Shown here piece by piece: positions 1 through 14,600 of a DNA stretch of 64,000 nt (position 1 is its first letter; every line of letters starts with the position of its first letter). The position numbers and the translations under genes are program-made. The notes beneath the pieces were generated by a model. The model worked only from the letters and a program-made list of their open reading frames with translations, did no database searches and had not been told where the DNA came from. This DNA comes from Trichoplax sp. H2 (Eukaryota): assembly GCA_003344405.1 (NCBI GenBank), contig NOWV01000012.1, positions 558,001 to 622,000 of the forward strand, read 5' to 3'.

Positions 1-205
1 TGCATCTTTTTTCCTTTCTTTTCGGAAGATCCTCCTGTCTGTTCTGTCCGTACCTCAATAGGATACAGTGTACAGTGTACAGTACAATACACTTGTCCAG
101 CTGTACACTGTACTGTACAGTACTACACACTACTGCATCTTTTTTTCTTTCTTTTGGGAATGTCTCTCTGTCTGTCCTGCCCATACCTCAATAGGATACA
201 GTGTA
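1..205. repeat. Direct tandem duplication (~134 bp period, at least 2 copies, may continue left of the window) with TACAG/CTGTA pentamer filler
   Basis: tgcatcttttttc..tttctttt..gaa..ctgtct..tacctcaataggatacagtgtac occurs at 1-73 and again at ~135-205. Confidence 0.85.
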
Positions 206-589
206 CTCTTTACAGTGCACAGTGTACAGTCAATCTGCTTCAGTACAGATCAAACGACTTTTACATACTGTATGACCATTGAGATGCAAATGGCCTTACC
301 TCCAAGCACCTTGCAAAGGTTTGCAAGCACATAAACCATCTAGATATTCAACAGCCTGCGAATGAAGAAAAAGTGAAATCAGCTAAAAGCCTACTGTTTA
401 TTGGTATAATAAGCTTCATATCCAGGAAAAGACAGGAATAATACTCTTTTCAACGTGGATGGAATGAAATGAACTCGATGTAAACGTGTTTGCAGCGAAG
501 AGGAATTTTCACTTCGATTGATTAAATTATAGAACAAATTAAGTCGTTGCAGAACTTTGACGTAGATAGCAAATTAGTTGACATCAAGA

Positions 590-2184
590 ATGTCCCTTTC
601 TCTGCCAAGTAAGTACGCATATCATAGAATCTACACGCCGTATCGATCGCTGCCATCACTACTGTTCTATCAAGGTGCTAGGAACGTGATGATAAAATTG
701 CGTCATTCTTGCCTTTATTCTACCACGACGTGGCTAAAGCATGACCACCTTGACCCAAGAATATCCAAAGCAATTATCCAACGTATATTTAGCGGACGTT
801 TATATAGTCGCAAGACTGCAAGCGCATCATACGAAAATGATGATGATAATCTGGATTATATACCACTTGGTAATCAACCTCTAATCAACCTCTGACCGAT
901 CGAGAGAAGACATTACTTAAGCGAAAAATTATCGATCAAGATGCTGAACGACTAGCAAATACATCATTTCATCATCTTGGAATATTGAATGGTGTTTCAA
1001 ATCAATTGAAAAAGATACAACTAATAAAACCAACTCCAATTCAATGTCTAGCAATACCACCGATATTAAATAGATATGATGCCATCATTGAATCACATAG
1101 CGGAACTGGCAAAACATTTGCTTTTCTATTACCATCTATACAAGATTCTAAACAACCTTTCTCAACAGTTATTATCGTACCAACACGTGAGCTCGCCATG
1201 CAAATTGTCTATAACGCTAATCGTATTGAAACTTTATGTAATATAAATGAAAAATATCATACTCGTGCAATTGTTTCTAGCTCAAACGATCATAAATTAA
1301 ATCATAATACGTTAAGATCGATGAAGTCGCGTATTATTGTCGGTACTGGTAAAAAATTAAAAGAAATTATAGAAGATCCTGATAATGAATCACTTTTTCG
1401 CAATGTACACAGAGTGATTATTGATGAAGTCGATCGCGTTCTACTACCCTTGAAAAAACATGGTCATCATAAGAAAAGAATGATGCGATTTAGACACCGA
1501 AAAGCTGCTGACATAGCTTGTGAATTACTACAAATAAAAAGTTCTAGTCCAAGGAAATTTCAGTTAATTTGCGCGTCTGCAACTGTTGTACCTGAATTAA
1601 TTGATGATTTACAAAGATTAGGATGGGATGAAAATACTAAATATTTAAGCTATGGTTTAGCTTCTACTGATAGTACAACAGTTAAGCATCAATTTTTAGA
1701 ATTTGAATGCAACGACGATAATCTCGAACATAGTAAATTAATGACTGTCGTTCGCCTTTTAAACCAGAAAAAGAGTCCTAAGCCTGCTCTTCTTATTGTT
1801 CATCGTAGTAATTCCGTGATAGCTTGTGTACAACAGCTCATAGAATATAATATTAATGCTGTTGCATTATATGAGAAAACAATGGATAATAACCAAGCGG
1901 ATTATGGCCAATTGGTAGATGATTTAAATCGTGGCAAGATTGATATCTTGGTTACTAATGAAGAAAGTGTTCGCGGACTCGATTTTATGTGTTTAAAAAA
2001 TGTTATCTTGCTTGATGTTTCCAAAACTACGAATGAATATTTACACATTGCAGGCAGAGTTGGCCGTATGGGTACTTACGGAACAGCTATCACCTTAGTC
2101 AATAAACGATTTTCTAACGATCATAAAAGATTATTACTGCATTATAGTCGTCTTGCTGTTGCTTATTCGAAGATCAATTTATGA
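590..2184 (+). CDS. DEAD-box RNA helicase, probably organellar (Arg/Ser-rich, acid-poor N-terminus); reading frame interrupted by an 11-bp duplication at 871-892
   Basis: Q motif (F-HHLG...KPTPIQ), motif I SGTGKT, Ia PTRELA, II DEVD, III SAT, V RGLD, VI HIAGRVGR. The upstream ORF (ATG 590) joins the 985-2184 ORF in frame if one copy of taatcaacctc is removed, or if 870-940 (GT..AG, 71 nt) is spliced out. Confidence 0.85.
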
Positions 2185-3626
2185 AATTCCTACATTTCAA
2201 TATAACATGAGCTAATGATGTTTTTATTAAGCCAATCATTGCAAAGTTAATAAGCTTATAGGAGAATGGAATACTGAAATAGGCACAACACAACTGTTTA
2301 TTATCGCTGAAAGTGTTAATAATTAATTAATACATCAGGCTATTCTTCGGCCTCAATTTTTCGATATGCAATCACTTGTAACCTCATTGCCAATTCTTTC
2401 TAATCGATGACTAACTAATTTCATTGCTATACTATGTACGATATGGTCGACATACATTATTCAAATATAATCGGAATAAAATAATATCCACATCTATTAA
2501 CTTTCCTGTAAGTTACGTATGAATTTTGAAACAGTGCATGCAAGCTTTTTTTTTACTTACGAATTTGAAATTTTCTACTTGCATAGAGATAGTTTGCGGC
2601 GTACATTCACCATGCAACATATAACCACCTGATAAAAACGTATTCTATATTAATTAATTGATATTACTGTAATTTTAAAATACGGTTGAAATCTCGAATT
2701 AATTAATTATTAATGCTACTATGCTGTTGCTAATGTTCTGAATGTGTGCAGCCATTAAATGGTATAGCGTACATGCACAATTTAGTACCTAAAATTCATC
2801 ATAACGTTAAAATTTTTGTAATTATTGCATGGTGCTACAGCCTACAGGTAAAATGAAATTGAAAATCATAATACCCACAATTACAAGCAATTTTATTGCT
2901 TTACATTAGTACGAAAGTACTGTACAAATAATTCATGCTTCATGTTGAATATACTAATGTAAAAAGTAAAGCACTTAAATATAAAATAATTTTGCATTAT
3001 CCAGTTAACTGTATACGCCATTTACATAGCAAAGATACGTATGAATACTAGTGTAATAACTTTTTATTTAAATGACCTATTCGATTTTTATGGGCTTCAA
3101 AGAGATGAGATCTTAGGAGAAGCCGTAAGATAATTGAAGAGTGCAACAAATTACAGTAATTATCAATGAGCGTAGCAAAATTCATGGTAGACTTTGCAAC
3201 ACATCTTAGTATAAGCTAAAATAGTCATCTAACTAGTCAATTCCAAAAATATATCGATACATAAAACTCTAGTACAATTCACTGGTACAATATTACTCTG
3301 TATAATATCATTCACACTATAATTTTTTTTCTTACATTTCTATAACAGGATTAGTTCAATGATTCCAAGCTTATAAATATATACTGTAATTAATGTTTTA
3401 AATTATTATTTTTAACGTACTATTATAAGTAAGAACCAACAATAACGTTCTCTTCAATGTATCTCTTGTAAAAATATGATATCAATTTTATCAAATAGAA
3501 AATAGGGGTATTTATATATTAACAAAAATTTAGAGTAAGCAGTCACGGATTTGGGAACAATTTGCTAAAATTAATCTTAATATCAATAGGACTTGCTTAC
3601 TACGTAGAAAGAAAAATTAATTAACT

Positions 3627-6600
3627 TTAAAAGTTCTCCTTATTGTAAAAGAAGCGAGTATTCGCACTTGTGTTCTTATTACATTCTTTGTGCAGAACTG
3701 ACGATAACGCTTTTGGCCCACAAAAAAATACTCCAAGATCGGATCTGTAATAAAAATGGAGGGGAGCAATTATAGTTATTCCAATTTCATCAGTTGCTAT
3801 TGTCACAGAATTCAGATATATGCATTCAGTTACCCCGAGTGCGTAGAAGCTAAATCGCTAAATATTTGATCCCAACGAGGGCGACCATAATGCGTTTTTT
3901 GCTGAAGACCAGTAATAGCATCAACAGCTTCACTGTCAGTTTCGCGTAGCATTATATGCTTTGTCTTTTTAATGTTAAAAATGTTGGGTTATAAGAGAGG
4001 ATATAACTAGTATAAAATCAGATTAAGTTTTATAGCTAAGACCTGTTTATCGCTTAAGCCACGGGTAAGATAGATGTTATATTCTAGGAAATCACCCAAG
4101 TCATGACTCAGCATCTGCAGGTTTATTCAAAGTTGCATAAAAGGTCATCATTAGTATTATAAAGTCAGAAATTTTTAGCACATTTTCTTTCACCAGAACT
4201 GATCATTTATTGTTGGACATTTTTATTTGATATATTCCGTAACGTTGTACGCGCGAATATCCTCAGATGTTTTATAGGGTTATGCTATAGATCTAACATT
4301 CCCATAATAACTTACTTCACGTTCTAACGATTTCAATAGTTCCGCAAACCACTCGAAGGCATTAGAATCAGGACATATCCAAAAGAAATAAACTTTCTTG
4401 GTCTTTGAGGGACCTGCGTCGGATTGTCGCTGTTTGTACCTGTGTCCCAAATTTTCTAAGCTCAGCCAAGATTATAGTATATTTTAGCAAGACTATAGAT
4501 ATTAATAAAATAAATACCAAAGCGATTTTAGGATAGAAGCAAAAGGTGTTACTCCAATCCCAGCTCCAATACAGATCGCAACTTCATATAGGAATACATC
4601 CTACATATTGTCCAAATTATGGATATGTTATCTAAGTCGTTTCAAGGGTAAAGTATACTATATGGCCTTAAGCACAAGCTTAAGGGTTAATCGATTAAGA
4701 TTGATTGTAATAATTTCATATTATCCAACCAATACCTCACTGCAGGTTCCAAATGGTCCATCGATGTAGACGCTATTATTAATTAACAATCATTCCTAGT
4801 CAATAAATTTCGGTTTGATAATCCAAAAATAATACAATTGAGCACAACTTCTACATGCATACTCAGGCATCTTCCAAGCTTCTTGAACCTTATTTTCATT
4901 TGCTTTACAAGCTTCAAATAAAGCACCTATGTAGACATTACACGAGATTAATATCAAATAATTCATTTACTGTATTCTTATTTTTAACCAAATACTTAAA
5001 CTATGATGTATGATAGTTGAGACATATAAACGTATTCGCATTTAAAGTTCATACCTGTCCAATCTCCTACAATACGCACATGAACGCTAAAATAATCATC
5101 TCCTGGAGCCTAAAATATAAATCGTAATTATTGGTAATTCAATTAGTAAATATGATTAAATCGCACACCAGTTTTAAAAAATTTTTATAACATACTGATG
5201 TTAAAGTAAATGGATGCCATTCGAATCTTGCAATGCTCGGACAATTTATGAAAACATACTAAAATATTAAAGAATCGTAAAAGTTAAGTTGCGATCAGAT
5301 AGTACACTGGATTATATAATGCTAGCGTAATGTCGTATTGAGATATATTACCTGTCCGGCTACGGACTGAAAACCTCGTTTCTGCATTTGAATTTCCAGT
5401 ACTTTCGATGGATGGTTGATCACCTTTACAAGCAATGATCTGTTAGTGCATCTTATATTTTAAAGTCAGATGTTGTCTTTATAAGTGATGAATTATTTAA
5501 ATTATTAAACCTTAGAAATAACCACTTTTTGTTTACTTCTCACAAATCTAACGATCCTTTCAAAAATGTAAAGAACTATTGGACCAATGACCCATTTCCA
5601 AACCTAGATAATGTCATAACAAAATATTTTATAGAAATTGCAGATCAGATAGATGCTGGTGCTTATGAAAGTTTATACCTGTGGTGTACTCGTTCTTTTA
5701 AAAATAGGGATAGAGCAATTTAAGTTGTTCGGCGGCCCCCAAGGACGTTTATTATAGCAGTAATCGGGATCATGAGTATCCAAATTGACTTGCACTTTAA
5801 TTACCCCACTAAGTGTTAAAACGATATGGTATAGCTTAAGTAGCGAAGCTACATTTATTAATTTATTTATTTGATAATAGGTATCTTGAACTATTATAAT
5901 ATGATATTCAATATAGCTATGAAATTTATTTCAAAGTTCTACGATATTCACAAATCTTATCAAACTTACATCACGGCGTGAATGCAAAGGCCTATGAAGA
6001 ATATAACAAATAGGTGGTGGGCATACCAAAAGATTTCAAAATAGGATCTCCTATGTTTACAATTCATATACTTTCAATTGATTTATAATACGCATATTAC
6101 ATAGCGCATTACAATAGTTCTCACAATACCACTTCATAAACACATAAAAAATCATTCGTAAAAATACTAGCATGCACGGTCATTTTATGCAAATATATTC
6201 TTACCTGATAACTTCAGTGGAACTGGCATACTAGAAAATGATGGCGAAGTAATTACGTTTGTTAGTAAGTGAATTAATAAAAAATACGAAATTTGTGAAT
6301 ATTCACGCTAAAAAATTCTTCAAAAGTTAAAAGATGCGTATGGAATGTACACTGTACTGTACAGTATCATACCATTAATATCAGGGCTAAAGTAATAATT
6401 ATGCCAGTTATTCCAGGTGCTAATTCCATGAAAAAAGAATAAACAAATACCCATCATCGCATGTAAAGTTTTAATAAATACGTAACTTTGAGATGATGAA
6501 TTAGTAAAATAATCAGCTAACTGAATACAGCGGCTGCTGAACAGTAACATCATCGTTATATTTTGATACAATTGAAAACACATGATGAAATGCAATTATT

Positions 6601-9600
6601 ACATGACGAACAGGATTTAACTCTTGTTTCGGACTAAGGTATACTGTTGCATTATACTGTATATCGAATAAGAAGCTCATTGTAGCATTAATAACAACAG
6701 TAAGATTTGGATTTTTTTACCTGTCTTTAAGACTTCTGTTGTTAGATCAGCCTGACGTCAAAAAGTACGCATAAATATAGAATAAATAAATTTTTTTTAT
6801 CAATAATCATTTCCATCTAAATATGATCTATATTGATTATGAAATTTGCCGCTTTTGTAACTTACGTTGCTAAATCGAATTGGATTAAGGGAAGTATTAA
6901 GTTGATTCAAAGTATTTAAAAGTGGATCTCCCGCCTTGTAGCTCACAAGGAAGTACAGGAAATTAAAGCAATGAGCATATACGTGGATAGCTACAAAATA
7001 ACAGTAGAGATCAACAGATGTTAATACTTTAACGGATAAGATTCTGTATGCCATTCTAATTATTATATTTGCAAGTATCATTGCTAATAATATTAAATCA
7101 GTTACAATGCTAAATTTAAGCAGATTGTACTAAACGTTTCAATTTTCGCTTTTTAATTATAATTCAATTCATAGTTCGATAAAAAAAATACTGTAGCTAA
7201 TCAGTTATAGAAATTCTAACAAGGATTTTAAGTGCTAGGTCTAGGCGTACTTTGCGCCATAAGCTTAGGACAATCAATGGGTTATAATACTGTAATTTAG
7301 AAGCATAAATTACGTTATTAATCATTTTTTGGCAACATCAATACCGTAATTTTACATTAATCACAATAACTTAATGCTTCATTATAATACTGACATGTTA
7401 TAGTGATATAAATTAAATAGCAACTTGCAGATTGCGTTGGCAATGCTATCCAGCATAAACAATATGCTTAAAACATTAAAATAATGTAAATTGAATTCAA
7501 GTAATACTTTACAATTATAGCGATTCTTTATACTTATTCATTAATACGATAAGTTCAAAATGTATCTTTAACAGGTATACAAACAAAATTAAAATGTATC
7601 TAAAATGAGTACCTGTTGCTAAGCAGATCATGTAACCTATATAGCGATGAAAAGTAATGTTCTTATCCATTAGACGACGCACTCGCCGACTGCATATTGC
7701 ATACTGAAAGAAGATAACGAACGCAAAAATAAATGTACGGGTAATCTAACATATCAATGATTAAAATGGATGGTATTTATTACTGTGGCAGCTATTTAAG
7801 GCAATTGAACGGTAAAAATGTCCGCAGCTGATATCAACTATTTAACTTTTGACTTTGAACTTTTTAATATATCCATTATTATGTATGGAACAATTTTTAA
7901 TCTTTACCTCACACGATCCGCGTGCATAGGATAACAAATTACGACATACTGGTAATAGAATTAAGGCACAATTTAAGTTCAAAACAGCAGCACTTCCTCT
8001 TGCCCAGGCTACAGCCGTCTTGAGATCAGTCAAAATTCAAGTTAGTTGTTCAATGATAATTTAAAATTTAAACCTATTAATAATCTAATTGATGAAGGTA
8101 CTGCACATCGTAAACCATATCCATAATTAGGTACTTGTCCACTCACTGTATCAATTTTTTCTCTATTTCTTGCACTGCTAGATAATTAATAGTATTTAAC
8201 AAAACAACTGGCGCAAAGAGCACTATCTTGAATACTAAAAACTACCTTTGATATTCAACTGTGAATGTTTAAGGATAAAGAGAGTTACTTCCGTTACAAT
8301 TAGCATTAACGATGTAATTACGGATTATAGACAAGATGCTGTAATATGCGCGTGCGAGGGGACTGATTATTATAGCCATTATACTACACGTATTCGATGA
8401 AAACAAAATATATTTATTCAGGCAAATAAAAAATGTTATCCATCTAGCTTGATATGTGTGTACTTTACAAATAGAACTTACTTTTAAATACTTTCTTAAA
8501 TAAAAGTACTTTTTGTCTGTATTATAGTTGACATAAGTAGTAGCAAAGAGGATAACATTGATAGTCATCCAGAGCAACTAGTATTAAATAGAAAAGGAGA
8601 AAAATATGTATTAAAAGTAAGAAAAATGGTATAAATTCGCATAGCCACTGTTCCCTTATATAATATCTAATCGAATAACCTGGTCAATGCAAATAATATA
8701 TATTTCGATTTTTTATATGGTGATGTTATATTAATATTTAATACGATTTAGATACTATCATGTCAGGCAGTTGCTACCTATATGATGATAGATACGTTAT
8801 TGTCGATTGCTGTAATAGAAAGATGCTTTATAAAGTACTATCGCAGGTGCTATTAAAGTATGTATAGTCACAGTTACTTAATTTTTTGACAAAATACGAT
8901 AACACACATGAGTATCATGACAATTTGAATGGGAAATACAAAAATAGTTAGTACTTTTACCAATAGGGATTATTAGGGGCGAATTGTAACTTTATCGCCA
9001 ATTATAGCATGGCCTATCATTTACAATATATTACTGCACTGTAGATTGCAAGAATAATCATTCCTAGAGATACGGTTCCTTTTTAGTAGACCTATTGTTA
9101 GTTATGAAATCAAGATTTATTTATAGATATTTATGTATATTCGAATTTTATGACAAATTTAGAGATGATAAATGGCTAGAAATAAACGCATACCATACGT
9201 AAACACAAGTAATGACGTATGGTAATCCAAGTTTTAGTCATGATCATAGCCTACAGTGTATTTACATCGTACTAGAGAATGAATATTTTTGCCGTTACTT
9301 CCTTCACTTAAGCAGAAAAGTTGATGCAATTTTATACAAAAATTAACAGTTTCTACTTCAAAAGAAAGTACTTTAAGTTTTGAAAATTGATATAAAAAAT
9401 TCGAGCCTATGTAGAACATTAGATTTGATAGCACCATCAATGTAGCCTATTGCACGGTACCTTGATGTAAGCTATTACTAAATGAACCAGATTTTAATAA
9501 TCTTCATACGATTGATATGAATAAAAGTGAAGTCTAATTCGAAACTTGAATTTTTCGATTTTATAAAGCCTCTTTCCATATCTACACTTATACGTCTATC

Positions 9601-10494
9601 GCTAGTTTGCACCAATAATTCCTGCAGTGGATCATTATATGGTAAGATTAAAGTAAGCAAGGCGAAATCGTATCTTCTAACTACCCTATCTTATAAATTA
9701 CTAGGTTCAAAGTTAATAAATTACATTGCTATCAGTATCAGTTTGTTAATAATACCATCATTGGAGTAGTTTAAGCAGCTTATGGACAGAGAGAAATTGT
9801 AGGGTGTAACAAAAATTCTCGGAAGATGATACTTTTCTGCAAATGCAGAAAACACTATAGTTAATATCCTAGCAAATGGACTACTGAATGATTTCAAATT
9901 GATTTTCGCTCCTACTATACTGAAGTTCCAGCTACTTAACATTGATATCCCCCAAATTTCAAGTAAAATTATCCATGGTTGGTCGTTATTGATTAAAATC
10001 GCGATAGAGCACTGCACGACTTTATTCTCTACCTCAATGGTCTATCATCGTTGCATGGTTAAAAAACGAGTTAAACAGCTACACGTATCTATAAATAAAA
10101 TCATTTCGAAGCGATTGTAGATATACTATAGTATATAGATTCGCCGAATAAATAATTAAAAATACTTTCGATGCAATTATTTACACAATGTTGCAACATG
10201 CTAAGGATAAAATGTGCATGTTTTGACGACCTCTTGCTTGTATTATTTTCTTAATCATACAGTCGAATTTGACATGCCTAAGGATTTTCTCTATCTCCTA
10301 TTGAATCAAGCAATCCTAGAAGAAGCTGCTGACTGAGTTCTCCAATGACTAGAATAGTTTTAATCTCTTACTTTGGATAACTACCTACTGCTAAGCTGGA
10401 GACAAATGATTCCATGCATCATTTGCATGAGCAAGGCAACAATACTTACAAATATAATATACTTAGGACCTTCATTCAGCCACCAATCGGCCAT
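3627..10494 (-). CDS. CYBB: NADPH oxidase, NOX2/gp91phox-like (~20 exons)
   Basis: Exons: [15 protein letters not shown] (10450-10494), 8482-8577, [25 protein letters not shown] (7908-8018), heme His pairs FHRYIGY..AIHVYAH and [14 protein letters not shown] motif [54 protein letters not shown] and terminal F.FYNKENF* (stop 3627-3629). All junctions traced were GT-AG. NOX1/2/3 clade membership is by motif similarity. Confidence 0.93.
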
Positions 10495-11602
10495 CCTTGT
10501 TCATCCAATTGATCATACAGTAGAAACGAATGCTTGCTGTACTACTATCAGGATATATTCCTACTAGTACAGCTTAATAAACGATGTAATCAATGATTGC
10601 AAGCTGATCAATCCTTCTTGCTCCTCGCTTAAGCGAAATTTTCTTGGCTGTGGGAGCTTGTTGACATGGAGATTGATTTACTGTTTAATGAAGTTGGCCA
10701 CCAAGAATGGACTGCTGGCTACAATAGGAAATAGTATGAGTATCGGAGTAGTGACTTATACACAGAGTACACGAATTTACCTAGGAAGTATTATACGGTA
10801 CCGTCGACGAGCATCAGCTGCAGCGATGACTTTGTACTGTAGGCGTTGACTGTACTGGTGACATCCATTTTGATGGTGATTGGTTCCGCTTTTGGATGAT
10901 ACTCTTCCATACTGCATTGAATGAGCAAGCAACTCTATGAAATATCAATCGATATACCGTATAGATAGTATGCAGCAATAACTTGCCAAGATTATATCCA
11001 TTTCTAGCTGCTCTTGTCAGCACCGATATTAGGTTATCATGTACTGCTGAACGATGTAAAACGAGCTGCTTTAAGCAAGCCTAATCTAGAGCGATCAATG
11101 GTTTGCCTAAAAAAGTGTGCGTTTGAAACCTACGTAAAAAATCGTGTCGCCAACAGGGAAGCAGATTACTATTTTAATGGAAATACATAGGACCAAGTAC
11201 AGTAGTAAGAAACAAGCAGGGACTACTCAACGATTTTTAAGTAAGACAAAAACTCAGTACACGTCAGAGACTAGCATCAGAAAATTCGCTAAAAGTGCGG
11301 CTTAAAATAGAAAGTCTCAGCCTTAAACTACTCTACAATACTATACTGTACAGTCTATACAGTACCTACTAATAAAGTCAAAAGTACCAGTACGCCAAAT
11401 AGGGCGAGCAGGGATTGGACTATCGTAGTGTGAATAATAGGTGACACTGTACTGTAGACGCTCACAGTACTTCATACTCTACGGGCTACGGTAGGGTACC
11501 GGTATTGCAACTAGTTCTGGACCGCCTTGTCCGGTCTGTCCATCCAACTCATAGCCATGGCAGCATTGATGAATGAGTAAATCAAAGCGAGCAAGAATCA
11601 TC
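10495..11602. promoter_or_regulatory. Putative bidirectional promoter between NOX (-) and RARS2 (+)
   Basis: Head-to-head ATGs 1.1 kb apart, locally higher GC, TACAG/CTGTA pentamers at ~11340-11470. Confidence 0.5.
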
Positions 11603-14600
11603 ATGACAGCCAATTTTCGCCTGTATATTGCTAATCAAGTAGGCATTGCAACTGATTCGTTCATCAATACAGATAGGACCTTTAAATTGTTATTTTACTA
11701 TGGATATAACAGAAGAGTACAGGACTACAGGTGTCCATGTTGTCTTGATGAGGAATAGATACTTTGCTAAATCGTTCTATATACATCATTTCGTCCTAGG
11801 TAGCTCAATTATTACAACAGGAAGTCAATCTCATTAGCAATCAAATACGAGTTACAGGACGCAAGTAAGCTACAGTGCAACCTTATAGCTCTACAGTAGT
11901 CTATAGGAATGATTTTTTACAAGTGACAGTAAGTATATGTTATGATCGAAACTTCTATGCAATGTCATGTTTCATTTTAAAATCATCCTAGTTAACTTAG
12001 CTCAACAGCAACCTAATCAATCCATTTAATCTTATTTACTTTATCAACTCTTTAACTATATTATAGCTACAAATCGTTTGGATTTATTCTTCCCGTAAAT
12101 AATGTTCTTACCAATCAATTACCCAAGGTAATCCATCTTATTGTAAATAGGTTCGATTGTTAGCATGATATCATACAATATAGTACGTGCAAATTGCCAA
12201 AATCATGAATAGCACGACATCAATAATTATAATAAGAATTGCAATTGTAGTCTAGCAACCATAGATCGAATTTATCATATTTTATTATACTTATTAAAAT
12301 GTATACGGTAATTAACAAACTAGGATATAAATCCATAATAGGTTCAATGAACATTCGCTCTCATAATCTAGTAGAAAGTAAAATCTCCATCATGAAAATT
12401 CGATGCGGCTATGTAAATTACGTCAAAAATGCTATCAGATAAAGCCATATTTTTTATTCATTTGTAACATTATTTAGGGAGCTAATACATTCCGACACAG
12501 CTGCCAAACAGCTCAAAATCTGGCTCAACAGGTTTAATAACAACTATTATATTATACAATCACTGCAACTCTATGCTCGTCTCGTTACTAGATACTAATT
12601 AGAATTCGTAATTAATAGATGTATATTAATTATAGACAATCTACAGTATATTAACTATGATACGAAGTAATATGAATTGAGTGAAAAATTTTGATCCTAA
12701 AGATTTTTCTACTTAAATACTGAGATAGGTACAAATTGATAATCATTATATCCATAACGTCACCGTTGATAAAGCATCCATCATCTTTCAACCCAATCAT
12801 CAAACATTGATGACGGTATGCACTAGTAGTGATCAATATGGACTGTTATCTTGATACTAGCTCACATATCTACATATAGAAAATTAGAGGCCAACGATAA
12901 ATGATTTATTGATTATGATGTATATCTACACCATATTTTGATTCTATTTTAAGTGGATAACTTGTAATTTTATATAGATTTAGCTCATATTCTAACTTAT
13001 CGATCAATTTATTATTAACTACACAAGTAATAATTTTTAAATTGGATCATAATGTAAATAGGAAGTACTGAACAATGCAATGAATAACAACGCTGTGACC
13101 GACTACTCTAATGAAACTAAAAAACATATTTTAGTGGATTACAGGTTTATCTCATCTTCCATTATAATTTTTTATTAATCACGGAAACATTGCTTTAAAT
13201 AGCCTCTCTCTCACTTTAATTGATGAATTATAAGTATAAAAAGTATTTTTGCTAATAACCTTTATGAAATTCTACTTAGTTCTCCCAATATTGCTAAACC
13301 TTTCCATGTCGGTCATTTAAGATCAACCTTTATTGGTAACTTTATTGCCAATATTAACGAATACTTCGGGTAATATACTCCATATTTAATTATGCACCGA
13401 ATTGCATCGCTAGTATTTTTTAGACGTGTAATTGCATTATACTTATTTGAATATAGGAATAAAGTAACAAGAATAAATTATTTAGGAGATTGGGGTGTTC
13501 AGTTTGGTATGTTCGATGCAATGATTGTAGAATTGGTCCGTAGTGCAATAGAATAATTTATATCAAACTTTATAAACAACGTTACATCATAACATTTTCA
13601 TAAATTATTGCAGGATTATTAGGTGTTGGTTTTCAAAAATTTGGTTCTACGGAATCCTTAATCAATAATGCCATCAAACATTTATTTGATGTTAGAACCT
13701 TAGATTATATTTGGGCAATTTTGATCGATTAGATTAGTCATAATTTTATGTTGCAACACCTGGAATGCAGACATTTACTATAAATATTTTGAAAATTATT
13801 ATTATAGTGCGCTTCATGTTTTCAATCCTTTAGGTTTACGTTCAGATCAACAATGAGATGGAACGAGATGCTAGCATTCAAGAACGGGCAAGATTATTTG
13901 CAAGACGTATGGAAGAAGGTATGACTAAGGTCATTAAAAGTAATATTATTGCCTCCCATGACATTATGAAAGATAGAAAATTTTCCAATTCTAATAATTG
14001 ATCGAGGTAACTATGCAGCCTACGTATTTGTAACATAAATGCCTACTTTTATAGATGACGAAGAATGCATTAATCTGTGGAAACAATTTCGTAGTTTGAG
14101 CATTAAAGAATACAAAAAGATTTACAAGGTAACGTGATAGGAATTCTAGCATCAGATGTATGATTGCAAGTAGATAAATGATTTATTTTAGAATAGCCGT
14201 TCTAACTAGGCATATTAACACCATTACACTTCTTGTGCTTAAGCATAATAGTGCACGCAGATACCTATATTTACGCTTACTTATCGTTACAGACATTAGA
14301 ATCAAAATTGAGCAACTGATAGTATTACACACACAACCCAGAAAAGAATCGTTTATGATCTAATATATTAATACATACATGGTCAACTTATTACGATATA
14401 AATATTAGCAGAGGATTATTACCGCATCATTTTATTACATGTATATTTGTAAACGTTATATAACTTTACAGTAACCAATAATCAACAGAAGTATGCTGCT
14501 AATAATTTAATATCGTATGATAATCAAGAACAGTAGACTTTCTGTTAATGTATAGAATGATTCTGAATATTATTGTTAACGTGACAGAATATATAATAAT

